This document shows, one piece after another, positions 1 through 12,789 of a DNA stretch of 64,000 bases (position 1 is the stretch's first letter; the number at the start of each line of letters is the position of its first letter). This DNA is from Octopus sinensis (lineage: Eukaryota): the NCBI RefSeq assembly GCF_006345805.1, contig NC_042999.1, forward strand, positions 90,520,001-90,584,000. Reading direction: 5' to 3'. A program made the position numbers and the translations under genes. Below the pieces are notes generated by a model. That model ran no database searches, was not told the origin of the DNA, and worked only from the letters and a program-made list of their open reading frames with translations.

Positions 1-1240
1 TTAACCTTCATTGACTTGGAGAAAGCTGTTGACAGAGTTCCCCGCTCTGTTATATAGTGGTCTCCAAGGAAGTTAGGAGTAGAAGAGTAGCTTGTTAGAG
101 CTGTCCAAGCCATGTACAGTGGTGTTCTCAGTAAGGCAAGAGTCAGCTATGAATGCAGTGATGAATTTAACATTCAGATAGGGGTTCACCAGGGCTCAGT
201 TCTCAGCCTACTCATATTCATTATAGTCCTCCAGGCCATAACAGAGGAATTCAGAACTGGGTGCCCATGAGGACTACTATATGTTGATGATGTTGCTCTT
301 ATTGCAGAATCTTTAGCAGAATTAGAGAAGGAATTCCAGGTATGGGAACAAAACCTGGAATCAAAGGGCCTTAAAGTTAACCTAGCTAAGACAAAAGTGG
401 TTGTTAGTAAGAAGATAAAACTTTCTTTCTGTTTGGTAAATGTCCCTGCTCCATATGTAAGAAAGGAGTTGGAAGAAATTCCATTCGCTGCACCCAGTGT
501 AAACTACAGACACATAAAAGATGCAGTGGTATCACAGGTATATTTACAGGTTGAGGAGGTTTTTTTATGTGGCAGACGTGCAGGAACAATAATCACTAAG
601 AGCACACAGGAATTAGATTCTCTTAAATGCCCAGGAGGCTCTCTTGAGGTTGTAGGTAGTTTCTGTTACCTAGGTAACCAAATTAGCAATGGTGGAGGAT
701 GCTATGAAAGTATTGTTTCTAGAATAGGAACTGGGTGGAGGAAGTTCAAAGAGCTATTACCTTTGTTGGCAACAAAAAGGTTTCTCTCTCATAATGAAAG
801 GTAGACTATATGATACTTTTGTATGAATGACTACACTTCATGGTAGTGAGACATGGGCTCTGAATGCTGAAGACATGCATAGACTGGAGAGAAACGAAGA
901 TAGTATGCACCACTGGATGTGCAACATCAGTGCACATGTACAACAAAGTGAAAATGCTTTGAGAAAAAAGTTGGGCATAAGAGGAATCAAATGTAGCATG
1001 CAAGAGAGAAGACTATATTGGTTTGGACATGTGATGCATATGAATGAGGACAGCTGCATAAAGAAATGCCGATCTCTGAAAGTGGATGGTACCTGTGGAA
1101 GATGGGGAGACCCAGGAAGACATGGGATGAAGTGGTAAGGACTGATCTCAGGAAGTTGGACCTCATGGAGGAAATGACCATGGACTAAGATGTCTGATGA
1201 TATGAAGTTCTTGAGAAGACCCACCCACATCAGTGAAACC
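1..1240 (+). mobile_element. Degenerate RTE-clade LINE, RT to C-terminus, cut by the window start
   Basis: Translation with stops and frameshifts gives [38 protein letters not shown], a PHD-like CSIC..CTQC..THKRC, FCYLG and LHGSETW. Homologous to the copy at 25.8 kb. Confidence 0.93.
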
Positions 1241-1889
1241 GAGTTCTAGAAGTGCTGTGTAGAAAACCTCTCACACACTCTACCACAATGAACCAAACTA
1301 CATCTCTTCCTTACATTTCCACTTCATGTACTATGATTACCTCCCACTCTCCAATCTTGTCCTCTTGGCTCAGTGCCACTGTATTATTGCTCTCTGTTTG
1401 CCCCCAACCTGTGCGTTCTACCTACATGCCTTGTCTTACTCTGTTATTGCCATCTGTTAGCCCCTGACCTGGGTGTTCCACTCACATGTAACAAGAAAAC
1501 CTTTCCCTTACCCTACCCAACAAACCAATTTGCATCTCTTCTCTTTCTTGCATTTCCCCCTTCCTTCACTATGCCTAGTTCTCACTCCCCAATCTTGTCC
1601 TCACACTCCTCTTCCTCTGTATCATTGTATCATTGCTATCCAGTAGTCCCTCCAACTCTATATATACCCAGATCTTTTGCCACTTACTCACACTCCTTTT
1701 GCAATATCCTGTCACTTATACTATGGCATTTGAACCTCAAGAGTATGCCCTGGCACTTGCCACTATCTATATCTCTTTCTTCCTTTACTCAACCATCTCA
1801 TTTCTACTCTGATCCCTGTTCCTTGTGAGCATGCCTGGTATTTTGTGACCATCTTCATCCTGTGGTCTCCCACTCTCTCTCTCTATGCT

Positions 1890-1990
1890 TATAAAGAATA
1901 AGTCCTGAGGTCCATGTCTTCAACTAAAACCTTTAAGGCAGTGCTCCAGCATGGCTACAGTCAAATGACTGAAACAAGTAAAAGAATAAA
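1890..1990 (+). mobile_element. SINE family A 3' tail fragment
   Basis: aaggcagtgctccagcatggctacagtcaaatgactgaaacaagtaaaaga matches the tails at about 3200, 7100 and 55320. Confidence 0.85.
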
Positions 1991-2861
1991 AGAATATCCT
2001 TAGAAAAGGTTTACAATCATTCAAGCTTTCTTACTGAATACTAAATCATAGGTAGGCTAAACATAACATAACCCTGAAAATCTCTAGGTTTTTTTTAGTG
2101 ATAAAGTATAGAAGCTTATAATTCCATACTATCATCAGTATTTCCTATCACAAGAAGCATCAAATAATTTTTGGAATCTTTAAAGCTTAGAACTAATCGT
2201 TTTTGTTATAAATATGTCTTAGTAGTCATATGCTTGCAGAAAGCTCTCTCATCAACAACTATACACTTGCTCTGAAAACCTCTTTCACAAATCACTTTCT
2301 TCAGCTCATCAATATAATTGACAGCGGCTTCTATATCAGCACTGTAGCTTCATCTGTTATTCAAGCCTTTAAAACCAACCTTTACAAGTTAGAAAAGATT
2401 TTGTATCAGAAGTTGCATCTTCTGCATTCTACAACATTTAGCTTTTAAATGACTATTGTCTTTATCAGCTCATTAAATCCAATTTGATTGTTGATTCACA
2501 TATGCATGAATCATCACATCAATGAAAAATAAATGAGCAGCTGAGTAGAGCCTGGTCTCTTGACCTAATTTTGTCTTTATTATCATGTAGTGTTATTTGC
2601 TGTTGATGTTGCAAGCTTTGATACGTTTGGAGTATAGGTGAGTTAATCTACTGCATCAGATCATTGTAGAATATCAAATTTAACATCGAACACAATCCAT
2701 CTTCATTTTGGATTAAAATGATGTTCTATGTGATAGGCTCCATAACTGTTTAGAGCTTCCTTAGCATAAAACCAATGGTAGCTTTAATCCATAAATAAAT
2801 AAATAAATAAATAAATAAATATATATACATATATATAGGAGACCAAAGTGTACGTACGCCA

Positions 2862-3262
2862 CTATGTGTAGTAAGTAGCTTGTTTACCAACCACATGGTT
2901 CCGGGTTCATTCCCACTGTGTGGCACCTTGGGCAAGTGTCTTCTTCTATATCCTCGGGCCGACCAAAGCCTTGTGAGTGGATTTGGTAGACAGAAACTGG
3001 AAGAAGCCCGTCGTATATATGTATATATATATATATGTATGTGTGCATGTATGTTTGTGTGTCTGTGTTTGTCCCATCCAACATCGCTTGACAACCGATG
3101 CTGGTGTGTTTATGACCCCATCACTTAGCGGTTCAGCAAAAGAGACCGATAGAATAAGTACTGGGCTTACAAGAATAAGTCCCGGGGTTGAGTTGCTCGA
3201 TTAAAGGCAGTGCTCCAGCATGGCTGCAGTCAAATGACTGAAACAAGTAAAAGAGTAAAAGA
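2862..3262 (+). mobile_element. tRNA-derived CORE-like SINE (family A) with an internal microsatellite
   Basis: Degenerate head, B-box-like ggttcattccc, CORE-like gcaccttgggcaagtgtctt, TA/TG microsatellite and the conserved 3' half and tail. Many copies in the window. Confidence 0.88.
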
Positions 3263-3264
3263 AA

Positions 3265-3650
3265 ATATGTAATACAAAATGGGACAAGAATGCAAAAGAT
3301 CTGGACAGCTAAGTGATACAAAAAGGGGACAACAAAACCTCCAGATAGATGATACAAAGACAACAAGGATGAGTCATTCGAAGTTTTCTTTCCTCAGTCA
3401 AGCACCAGATTATCCTCGCAATTTTGGCTGATTATTCTCGAGATTGCTCCAATCTGGCCTACCCCAAGGAAAAACTAAGCTAAGAGCATTAGATTCCTTG
3501 GAAGAAAACAGCGAATGTATACAAAAACAAGGATGGAAAAAACACGCAATCTTACACAAATATAAATACAAAAAAATAAATACAATAAGAATAATAATAG
3601 GACATAATAACAGGTGTCTTTCAACTAAGGACAATTTGAATTAAGCTGGC
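3265..3650. repeat. Unclassified repeat fragment, possibly Penelope-like terminal region
   Basis: Non-microsatellite block abutting a SINE tail, with a partial hammerhead-like motif on the minus strand. Assignment is from recall of similar repeats only. Confidence 0.25.
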
Positions 3651-3744
3651 ACATGTGGAAATGAAGCCTTACAGCAGAGATACAAAAGTTTCACAAACAC
3701 AGGGAAGAATATCGATGTTGCATGGACAATGGTCAGACCAAAGA

Positions 3745-3946
3745 GCAAGCATTACATCAATTTGAAATATATCGACTTCTTCTGATGCATAAGACCATAT
3801 AGGTTTTCAACATACACGATACTCCATTGTAATTTTTAAGTAAATATTTCATCAGAACTAGAGAATAAAAGAATTAAATGTAATTCTTTTATATGGTGTT
3901 ATGCATCCGAAGAAGGTGGTGTATTTCAAATTAATGTAATGCTTGC
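3745..3946. mobile_element. MITE-like element with about 59-bp terminal inverted repeats
   Basis: gcaagcattacatcaatttgaaat...gatgcataagaccatata (3745-3803) is the reverse complement of about 3888-3946, with scattered mismatches. Confidence 0.7.
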
Positions 3947-4512
3947 ACTGTTCGATTAAATGGAGCCACCGGAAACGACCATAATGTACTAATACCTTGA
4001 CATTCTTGTTACTTATTTGATTTTTATTGCATTATTTTGAGCTGTGCATATAATACAGGACTGACTTGGTACCACAGCTTAGAGTACCAAATTCAAATGA
4101 ATCTTAATTAATTCTTATATACATATATGTATATGTATATGTATGTATATATATATATGTATATAGATAAAACTTATTTGGAAATGGATGTGTGGCATTC
4201 AATCATATGATAATATAAATAATATGCATATATACATGCATGTATGCATACATATAAGTACATACTTACATATATATGTATATGTTGTTTGTCTTGTTTG
4301 CCATTTGTGTCTTTCGTTGTTTGAAAAAATAATTCATATCCCATGTACTTGTACTTTGTATCTTTTGCTGCACACATTTCGTGATGGCCTGTGCCTACAT
4401 ATGCATATATATATATACATACATACATACATACATATAGATGTATGTACATACACGTATGTATATATGCATATATATATATTATTTATATTATATATAC
4501 ATATATATATAT

Positions 4513-4650
4513 TTGGCATTAGGAAGGGCATCCAGCTGTAGAAATTCTGCCAGATCAAGATTGGAGCCTGGTGCAGCCATCTGGTTCGCCAGTCCTCAGT
4601 CAAATTGCCTAGCATGGAAAACGGACATTTAAACAATGATGATGATGATG
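4513..4650 (+). mobile_element. RTE 3'-end module (family B) fragment ending in (GAT)n
   Basis: ggcattaggaagggcatccagctgtagaa...agcatggaaaacggacattt then gatgatgat; same module as 27540-27676. Confidence 0.85.
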
Positions 4651-4677
4651 ATATATATACATATATACACAATATGA

Positions 4678-4812
4678 TTCTTTCAGTTTTCATCTACCAA
4701 ATCTACTCACAAGGATTTGGTTGGCCCTGGGCTATAGCAGAACTCACTCACCAAAGGCACCATACAGTGGGACTGAACCTAGAACCTACAATGTGGTTAG
4801 GAAGCAAAGTTC
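4678..4812 (-). mobile_element. SINE family A, 5' half
   Basis: Reverse complement of the family A head and CORE-like segment. Confidence 0.75.
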
Positions 4813-5762
4813 TTTCCACCTATAGATAAGAAAATACTAAATCTCACAGGAATGACACGATAGTATGAGGACCATTGAAGATATGCTATATTGCAAACCT
4901 GTCCAACTCATGCCTTTGTAGAAATAGAGATGCTGAGACAATGATGATGATATTGATATGTACTTTGATCTGCAAGTTATTGAAGGCACTAAATCAAGAT
5001 AGCAGAGCCATTTCTAGACTATAATTTCCGTAACTACACTGCTTCTGTTATTGGTCAGATTTAAATTGTGAAATTTAATCTGATAACCATATTTCTTGCT
5101 GTAACATAAAACTAATAACTGTATTGTTTATCAAGCCTAAAGATAAGTTGGTTGCTGGTGGCTAGGCAGTGATAAAGGTAGTATGGTTAGTGCTAATGAA
5201 TTATTGGAGCAGTAGAATTATTATGGTTGTGATGATGATGATTGTTGTGGTGGTGAAGATGGTGGAGTAAATTAGAGTAGTAACATGGTGGGAGTGGTAG
5301 CAGTTGTTATTGTTGTTATTTAAATAAAGGTCAATCTCTAATTGGGCAGATATGTAATAAAAGGCTTTCTAACTGTGGCCATCCCATCTTTTTGTGCATA
5401 TTGGAAATTACATTATCTTATGTAGCCATTTTGTTTTATTTAAGAGTGTAAAGGATGGTCAATTTTGAACCTCCTAGATCAGTGGACAAAGGTTTTACAT
5501 TTAGAAAAAGTGTTATAGATTTTTGATTAGCAGTGATTTATGTTAATTAGAAAAAAAAAAAAATGAAAAAGGAAACCTAAGGGAAATAACTCAAGCAAAC
5601 CAGTGGCAAGAATTCAGATAAATCAGGTATGGAGAATGATGTGAATGATGTACACAAAAAAGCCTCAATTTAAATTTTCCTCTATGACATATCCTTTTGT
5701 GTGGGACACAACCAACATCACTGCTGCCAAAGTAAGAAGTGTCAGTGGGAAGAAATGGGAAC

Positions 5763-5796
5763 AAACTCACACACACACACAAGCACGTGTGCACAT

Positions 5797-5840
<44 letters not shown>

Positions 5841-5890
5841 ACACACACACACACATGCACACACACACATGTGTACGCACGCATACACAC
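5763..5890. repeat. (CA)n microsatellite
   Basis: Directly visible; explains the HT and VC ORFs. Confidence 0.97.
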
Positions 5891-6741
5891 ATGTATAGCT
5901 ATATGCTATATTCCAGTATTTCATTTTTGCAGATTAAATAAGACTGGCCTCCACTGTTGTGCTTGAACATATATGTTTCTAATCTGACTGGAGTTTAGTT
6001 TTGTGGTCAATGTACTTTAAGACGACTTTTATACAGACTGACCAATCAGAAGGTAATAAAATTGAGGTTAATGGGAAAAGTCATTAGATTAATGCATTTT
6101 GTTGCAAGAAAGCAGCAGGTTAACATCCACATCAATAATAATATCAATTACAGAATTTTAATAGCAGAAAAACAATACCAGCAGCTGCTTCACTACAATA
6201 ATTAAAGCAACAATCTCTCCTTTCACATCTTGGCACAAAGTGTTATCTTCAACAGACCCACTACAGCCAATCCTCCCTATCTCTTCTGCTACTACTATCA
6301 CTTCCATCATATTTTCTTTCTCAAATAATATATATACATCTATATTGTATTAGAAGCAGCTCAATAATTTAATAATGTAAACATTATCAATATTACATTT
6401 AACATATGTTGTTGAGTGCTAGTAGCCGCAGGATTTCATCTTTAGAGCCATATGGTGTTAAAAGACACAGTATCCATCAAACCTAGGAGAAACAAAATTG
6501 CCACAGAAGTGAAAAATGACAGATATCATTATTTTGAAGTCTTTGATGATCATCGGTGCTGTATACTTGCACCAGTTCCAAAGCAAAATTGAAATTGCCA
6601 ACTAGAAATATATACAAATAGTGTAAACTCTGTTGAAGGCTGGAACAATGCGAGAAGGTACAAAGTAAACTACAAAAGGAAAACAAAACAAAACAAAGTT
6701 GCAGTTTTACTTTGTATTCATATTTATTTAATTGTATTTAT

Positions 6742-6900
6742 AGGCACAGGAGTGGTTCTTGGGTAAGTAGCTTGCTTACCAACCACAGGGTTCTGGGTTC
6801 ATTCCCACTGCATGGCACTTTGGGCAAGTGTCTTCTACTATAGCCTCGGGCTATAGTAGTGTGAGTGGATTTGGTAGACGGAAACTGAAAGAAGCCTGTC

Positions 6901-6939
<39 letters not shown>

Positions 6940-7158
6940 TATATGTATGTGTGTGTGTGTATATGTTTGTCCCCCCAACATCGTTTGACAACCGATGGTG
7001 ATGTGTTTATATCTCCATAACCTAGCGGTTTGGCAAAAGAGACTGATATAATAAGTACTAGGCTTCCAAAGAATAAGTCCTGGGGTCGATTTGCTCGACT
7101 AAAGGTGGTGCCCTAGCATGGCCACAGTCAAATGACTGAAACAAGTAAAAAGAGAAAG
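6742..7158 (+). mobile_element. SINE family A, full length
   Basis: Head aggcacaggagtgg, ggttcattccc, CORE-like segment, (TA)n(TG)n and tail gaaacaagtaaaaagag. Confidence 0.9.
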
Positions 7159-7387
7159 AGAAAGAGATATATTTCAGGATGATGGACATTTGGAAAAGGA
7201 TTTTTCCATATATATCATATGCATGTATGTAAAAATTTGGCTGTGAAGTTACATAAGTAACTCAAGGTCCAAGAGTTTCATACATTGTTTTATCATGTTA
7301 ACTTGAAATCTGTGAATTTTTTCTGGAATCTTTGAGCAAAAGTTATTTTTGGAGAGTCATGTGACATTCAGTAAATTTCAAAATCCA

Positions 7388-7420
7388 TGCACACACATAC
7401 ACATGCATGCATGCACGCGT

Positions 7421-7475
<55 letters not shown>

Positions 7476-7480
7476 CACAA
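7388..7480. repeat. (CA)n microsatellite
   Basis: Directly visible. Confidence 0.97.
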
Positions 7481-10309
7481 GTATATATTCATACACATGC
7501 AGGTTTATACACAAACATGTGTATGTGGGCAAGAGTGCATATGTGTTTGTCTTCTTCTTGTTTTGATGTTGTTCACAGTAAAAACAAGATTCCAGTTTAT
7601 ATAAACAATGTCAGGGTTTACAATGTCTACCACAAAATTGTGTCCAGCTACTGAGTAGTTGGCATGAAGAAGAGTATCTGGTCATAGAAAATTTGCCTTA
7701 GTAACAAAGAAAAGGTAGACGTTAAAACTGATGATGATGATGATGACGATGACAATGATGAATGAAGAGCATTATGAAATGCCTCCAATACATAGAATGA
7801 GGAGTTTATAAAATTTGATGTTTAGCTCTGGTTTTATTATGTTGAAAGGGTGAGAAATAAATCTTTTGGATACAATGTCAGTTTATCAGAAGTTACATTC
7901 CAGTAACATTCCCAGATTTTTCTCATACCATTTTTTTAATATGAAAGATAGATGAATTGAGGCAATGAGCAATGAAATGTGTCTTGTAGATTTGAACTCA
8001 TAACATGTGAGCTAACAACCTTTTCATTCGGTTATCCTGTTTCTCCTATGCTCCTATAGAGCAAGAGCACGTTTTGCTTTATGATTTATTTGCTAACAAA
8101 TTCATCTATTTTGTGGCCAGCATGCATAATATTCATATAGTATTCTTTGTGTTATCTGTTTGATATCACTGGTCTGTCTTATTCAATATGTTAATTTTGT
8201 TTCTGTATTCTTATATATTTTGGCTGACTAACTTCTTTGAGAATCTATTATTAACTAATATCTTTTTTCATTATAAGTCAGTATGCAATGCAGCTTTATA
8301 TAAAAAAATGCTCCAAGTATGGATTTTGTAATTGAGAAATCATATATATGTAAGAATTCACTTGAATAAATTTTTGGTGTGTTTTGCTTCCTAATAAATA
8401 TTTTTGAATATATTTATTGTATAATATAGTTGTAATATATTTTGTTGTGTAATGTCTGTAATATATTTATTATTTCTCATTTTTACATTAATAGTGGTAA
8501 ATATATTCAAAACAAGAATAATCAATAAAAGCCTGTTGCAAAGAAAATCCTTCAACAATGGATAGCTATGTACATTTTTCAGAGAAAATTGTATTTGACA
8601 AAAAATTTTATTTTGAAAATGAAGGGGAGGACACTAGAAGCACTGGCTAAAATTACATATTTACTTTTATTATTTCAGCTTTTCTCTTATCTTTCATAAA
8701 AATTAACAGGGTTTCTTTGAATTAACTCCACTCAGACTAACATGAAAATATGGCTATGAAACAGGAAAGAGACATGATCAAAAACATTAAGAAGGAGAAA
8801 AGAAATTAAAGGTATCTGATCAACCTTGATTTTTGTTTTAAGATTTTAAATAACCCATAGAGGGAGATTGTACCTTCTAACTGCATAAAAAATCTCAGTT
8901 AATTAAAGCCTTTCAACTTAGTAGGTTTTATTTGTGAGACTTTACTGTACCTGCACAATGTTCTCCAAGGTACTTTTTCTCAACCATATTGTTAATATTC
9001 GAAATCAGTGTCACTACTTGTTTGTTACAGTTTGGGTAGGCACCTAATGGAATTGGCAGCAGAATGGGAGCATTTCCAGTAGTGTGAGCTGGGAGTTAGT
9101 ATATGAACAATTTCAGTTGAATATTGCTGACTCACAACTCTGCTGAATGCAGAGTTTAAGGTGTTTGTAATAAAGAAGTTGGAACATTTTGTTGGTTGTG
9201 CACAGAGCTGTGCTATTCAAAGCAGATCTTTCTATAACAACCTCTACCAGAATATTGTTGAGAGATTAGGAAATAAACCTAGCTTTAGTGGGTCTCTAAT
9301 CAGTTTGCCAAATCTGAAGATTTCAGTAGAGTTTAACCACTGTTACCAGGTTGCTGTCCTAGGTGCAGCCAGCTTTAATCCTATTTCAGAGCTTGAATCA
9401 CTTGAGGTGTAGACTGGCTTCTGTTTGGTTGTCAGACTAAATGACCATCTATTAGAACTGTTTCAAACCACACAATCAGTCTGTCAAGGATGACACATCT
9501 CTTTGCTCCTGTACACTTTAGTTTTTAAGTCATAACTGGAGATTGAAGCAAGTTTCTGTTGTATCGCCTGCTACACCTCCATATTGCTGGGATGTGTGCA
9601 GCATTGTGTATTCTTTTCTGTTGTTGGGAATGTGTAAACTCTTCCTTGTACTATACTGTGTTAGTTTTCTTTCTCTTGAGGTGTGGTGCAGTCTTTTGTT
9701 ATGTTACTGCTTGTATTGTGTGTTGAGCATTAATGCATTAGTTATCTAGCTTGCTGGTGGAAGTTTTTATTTTACTGCATAATTGTTATATAGGATGTGT
9801 CTCGTAGTTGTAGGTCATTTTGTTTAGTTTGTATTGTTGGATTGATAGTGTCTTGTGTAGGATGTGTGCTGTTCCTATCAGGGCTATTATTATTATTTTT
9901 ACTGAGAGAGCAGAGCATGCCAGCAAAGAGACGCTGGGGTAAAATATACGAAACCCTGTATACCCATCATGACTACCCATCTGATAAGGGTACATCAGAA
10001 CCATATGTGCATATGTGCATGACATGATGATCTCATATCAAGATTAACAGAGCATAACCTTGTTGATGGGGCCCAGTTAGAATTTTCTTTATTTTGAGTA
10101 GCCCATCCTGCTCAAAAGTATTTATATAAAACTTCATTTAAAAACCCTATAAGGGAAAAACATTGGAACTTGTGAATTTTCTAAAGACCTCTCCCTACCC
10201 CCTGTTGCTTTCCAAGCATTTTTGTTTTCATATTCATTTCCTACACCTTTTTTTACACCCTCTGCACTATTTTCTTTTTTCAATTTTATTTCCAGGTAAT
10301 AATATCAAC

Positions 10310-10940
10310 AATAACCAATAATGTTCCTGGCTCCTAAAAGGCAAACCTTCTGTAGAATCTCTACAAGACACTTCATTCCTATCTCCTTTATACATTTGTC
10401 TATTTCACCACTCACAATCCCTAATGCACTGATTATTACATGTACAGTCTTTACAGATTTTTATGTTCCAGATCCTTGCAATCTCATATTTTAAGAGGGT
10501 TTTGCAACTTTTCATCTGCTTTCTTTGCAATCCTGGAATCAAATGGACATGATGAATCAATCAGTAATCAAATTTTTGATTTTCCTTGTCTATTGTTTTA
10601 ACATTTGGCTAGTTATAGTCTCTCTTCTTATCCATTTGAATGAGAAAATCTCACAAAATCTTGCATGCTTCTGACTCAAGTACTGTTCTGCCTGATGATT
10701 GTACTATGTGCTTCCTGCTTCAAATCCTCATTTTTAACAAAGCTTCCAATGTAAAACTTTCACAACTTGATCATGTCTCCATTTTTTTAATATTCTCAAT
10801 GGAATAGCTTGATGAATTCTGTGACAATGTGTACCTTTGTTTCATTCAAATTTCACATATTCTACATTTTGCTGATGCCTTCTTCCCACATACATTTTCT
10901 CAGTAGATGTTTATTTGGGTGCTTGATCTTGAGCTGATGT
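10310..10940 (-). mobile_element. R4/Dong-type (RLE) non-LTR retrotransposon, C-terminal relic
   Basis: Minus-strand translation with stops: AQDQA, RHDQV, VLESEACKIL*DFLIQMD, KYEIARIW, ILQKVCLLGA. These match the RLE-domain pattern of R4 elements. Confidence 0.75.
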
Positions 10941-10967
10941 AATAAGGCTCTATGTTTCTTTTTTGCA

Positions 10968-10984
10968 ATGGTAGTAGTAGTAGT

Positions 10985-11028
<44 letters not shown>

Positions 11029-11114
11029 AGTGGTGGTGGCAGTGGTCGTAGTAGCGGTGGTGGTTGTGGTGGTGATGGTGGTAGCAGCAGTGGTGGTAGC
11101 AGCGGTAGTGGTGA

Positions 11115-11157
<43 letters not shown>

Positions 11158-11160
11158 CGT
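10968..11160. repeat. Compound (TAG)n/(GTG)n/(GCA)n trinucleotide repeat
   Basis: Directly visible; a (CAG)n tract follows at about 11265-11305. Confidence 0.95.
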
Positions 11161-12190
11161 AGCTGCATTATTTCAGAGCACAGCATGATGTCATTGTTAT
11201 TAAAGAAAAGTGTAATATAATTTGCTTTCACTGTAATGTTTGTTTTAGATGTTGCAGAAAAAAAGCAGTAGCAGCAGCAGCAGCAGCAGCAGCAAGCAGT
11301 AGCAGCACTGTTATCTGTTAGCCAACAGTGATGACTTCTATTCCTGCAGTGTGCTTTGAGCAAGACAAGACAAAAACATTAGCAACATTAGCCCTACTTT
11401 CAATTTTATCACAATCATTCCAACCAGGACAAAAATACGAGAAAAAAAAAGAAAAAAAAATTTAAATTAGTTATCTCTCTCTTCCATATGTGTTTCCCAA
11501 TTGCTTCTAGAAGAAAGCTACCAAGGGATATTCAATTGAATAAATCCAACTGTTTGACCACTATATTTCTTATATTAAGCTGGCTGCAGAAATGACAAGA
11601 ATAGTTCATCAATGAAGAGAGCACCTTTATAAGGATTTGGATTCAGAATGTAAAAGGTATATATATACTAAATACAGTGAAACATTTAATTAATATTGTA
11701 TTAATATATACTTTTTTGCATTTTTTGTTGGAAGAAAAGGCATTCTCCATGACCCTTTTCAGTGATTCTGAGACTGGTGATAGTGGGGGGAGGATAATAT
11801 CCTCAATCCAGAAACCTATCATGAAAGCTTGCAACAAGTAGAACTCTACTAATGGGGTCCGGTATGCCAGGTGATTAAATTAGGCATTAGATTAAGGTGT
11901 TAAATTAGGCATTAGATTAAGACCACCCACCTATGTAGGCCATAGAAAGATTTGTACTTGAAACACAAAGAGCTGGAACAAATACCATAAGGCATCTGGT
12001 CTAACGTTCTTATACTTCTGCCTGTCCATCATCCTGGATTGGGACTTTCCTATTGACCCACACAAGGATAAAAAGCGAAGCTGTCCTTGTGGAATTTGAA
12101 CTCAGAGCACAGAGAGGCAGAGCAAGTATGCAAGAGTTTAATCATCATCATCATTTTAAATCCTCCTCCTCCTCCTCCTCCTCCTCCTCC

Positions 12191-12221
<31 letters not shown>

Positions 12222-12789
12222 TTTATGTCTGTTTTCTATGCTTGCATGGGTCAAATGATTTGACAAGAGTTGGTAAGTGAGAAGTGTGCTTTTTATGTGT
12301 TACCAGCACTGGTGAAGTGACCATGAAACTTATGAGACAAGACCCCTTAAATGAGTGAGTGAGTGGGAAATAGGACTGAAATAGGTGTAAGGGCTACCTC
12401 AGTAGGACAGAGAATAGATAGGAGATAGAAGAGTAGAGACAATGGATAAAATGTGACAGGGAATGGGTTGTACACTCAAATTACTGAGAGGTGTATATAA
12501 GTGGAACCAAGGATTGGATTGGATTGGGTGAGTGGGTGGGTAAGTTTGAATGATTGCAAAAGGAGAGTGGGGATGGAAGGGAAGATCCTTAATATCTCTT
12601 TCTCATTTATAGTGCACTCAGAACCACATGAGAACAGAAGAAGATGCAACAGATCATCCAGCTGTTTCAAAGCAAGTGACAAAAAAGGCAGTGCTTGTGT
12701 TTGAATGATGTACAGCAAGTAGCCCTGACAGCAAAGTGTTCTAGAAATATGTGCATTCGAAATAGAGACTCACTCTCCAGTTGGCTCTC

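Noticed and set aside
3368-3405. Minus-strand CTGAGGA-AAG-aaaa-CTT-CGAA-TGACTCA-TC hammerhead-like motif
   Set aside because: The core is off by one base, one A is missing, and stem I does not pair; at most a relic.
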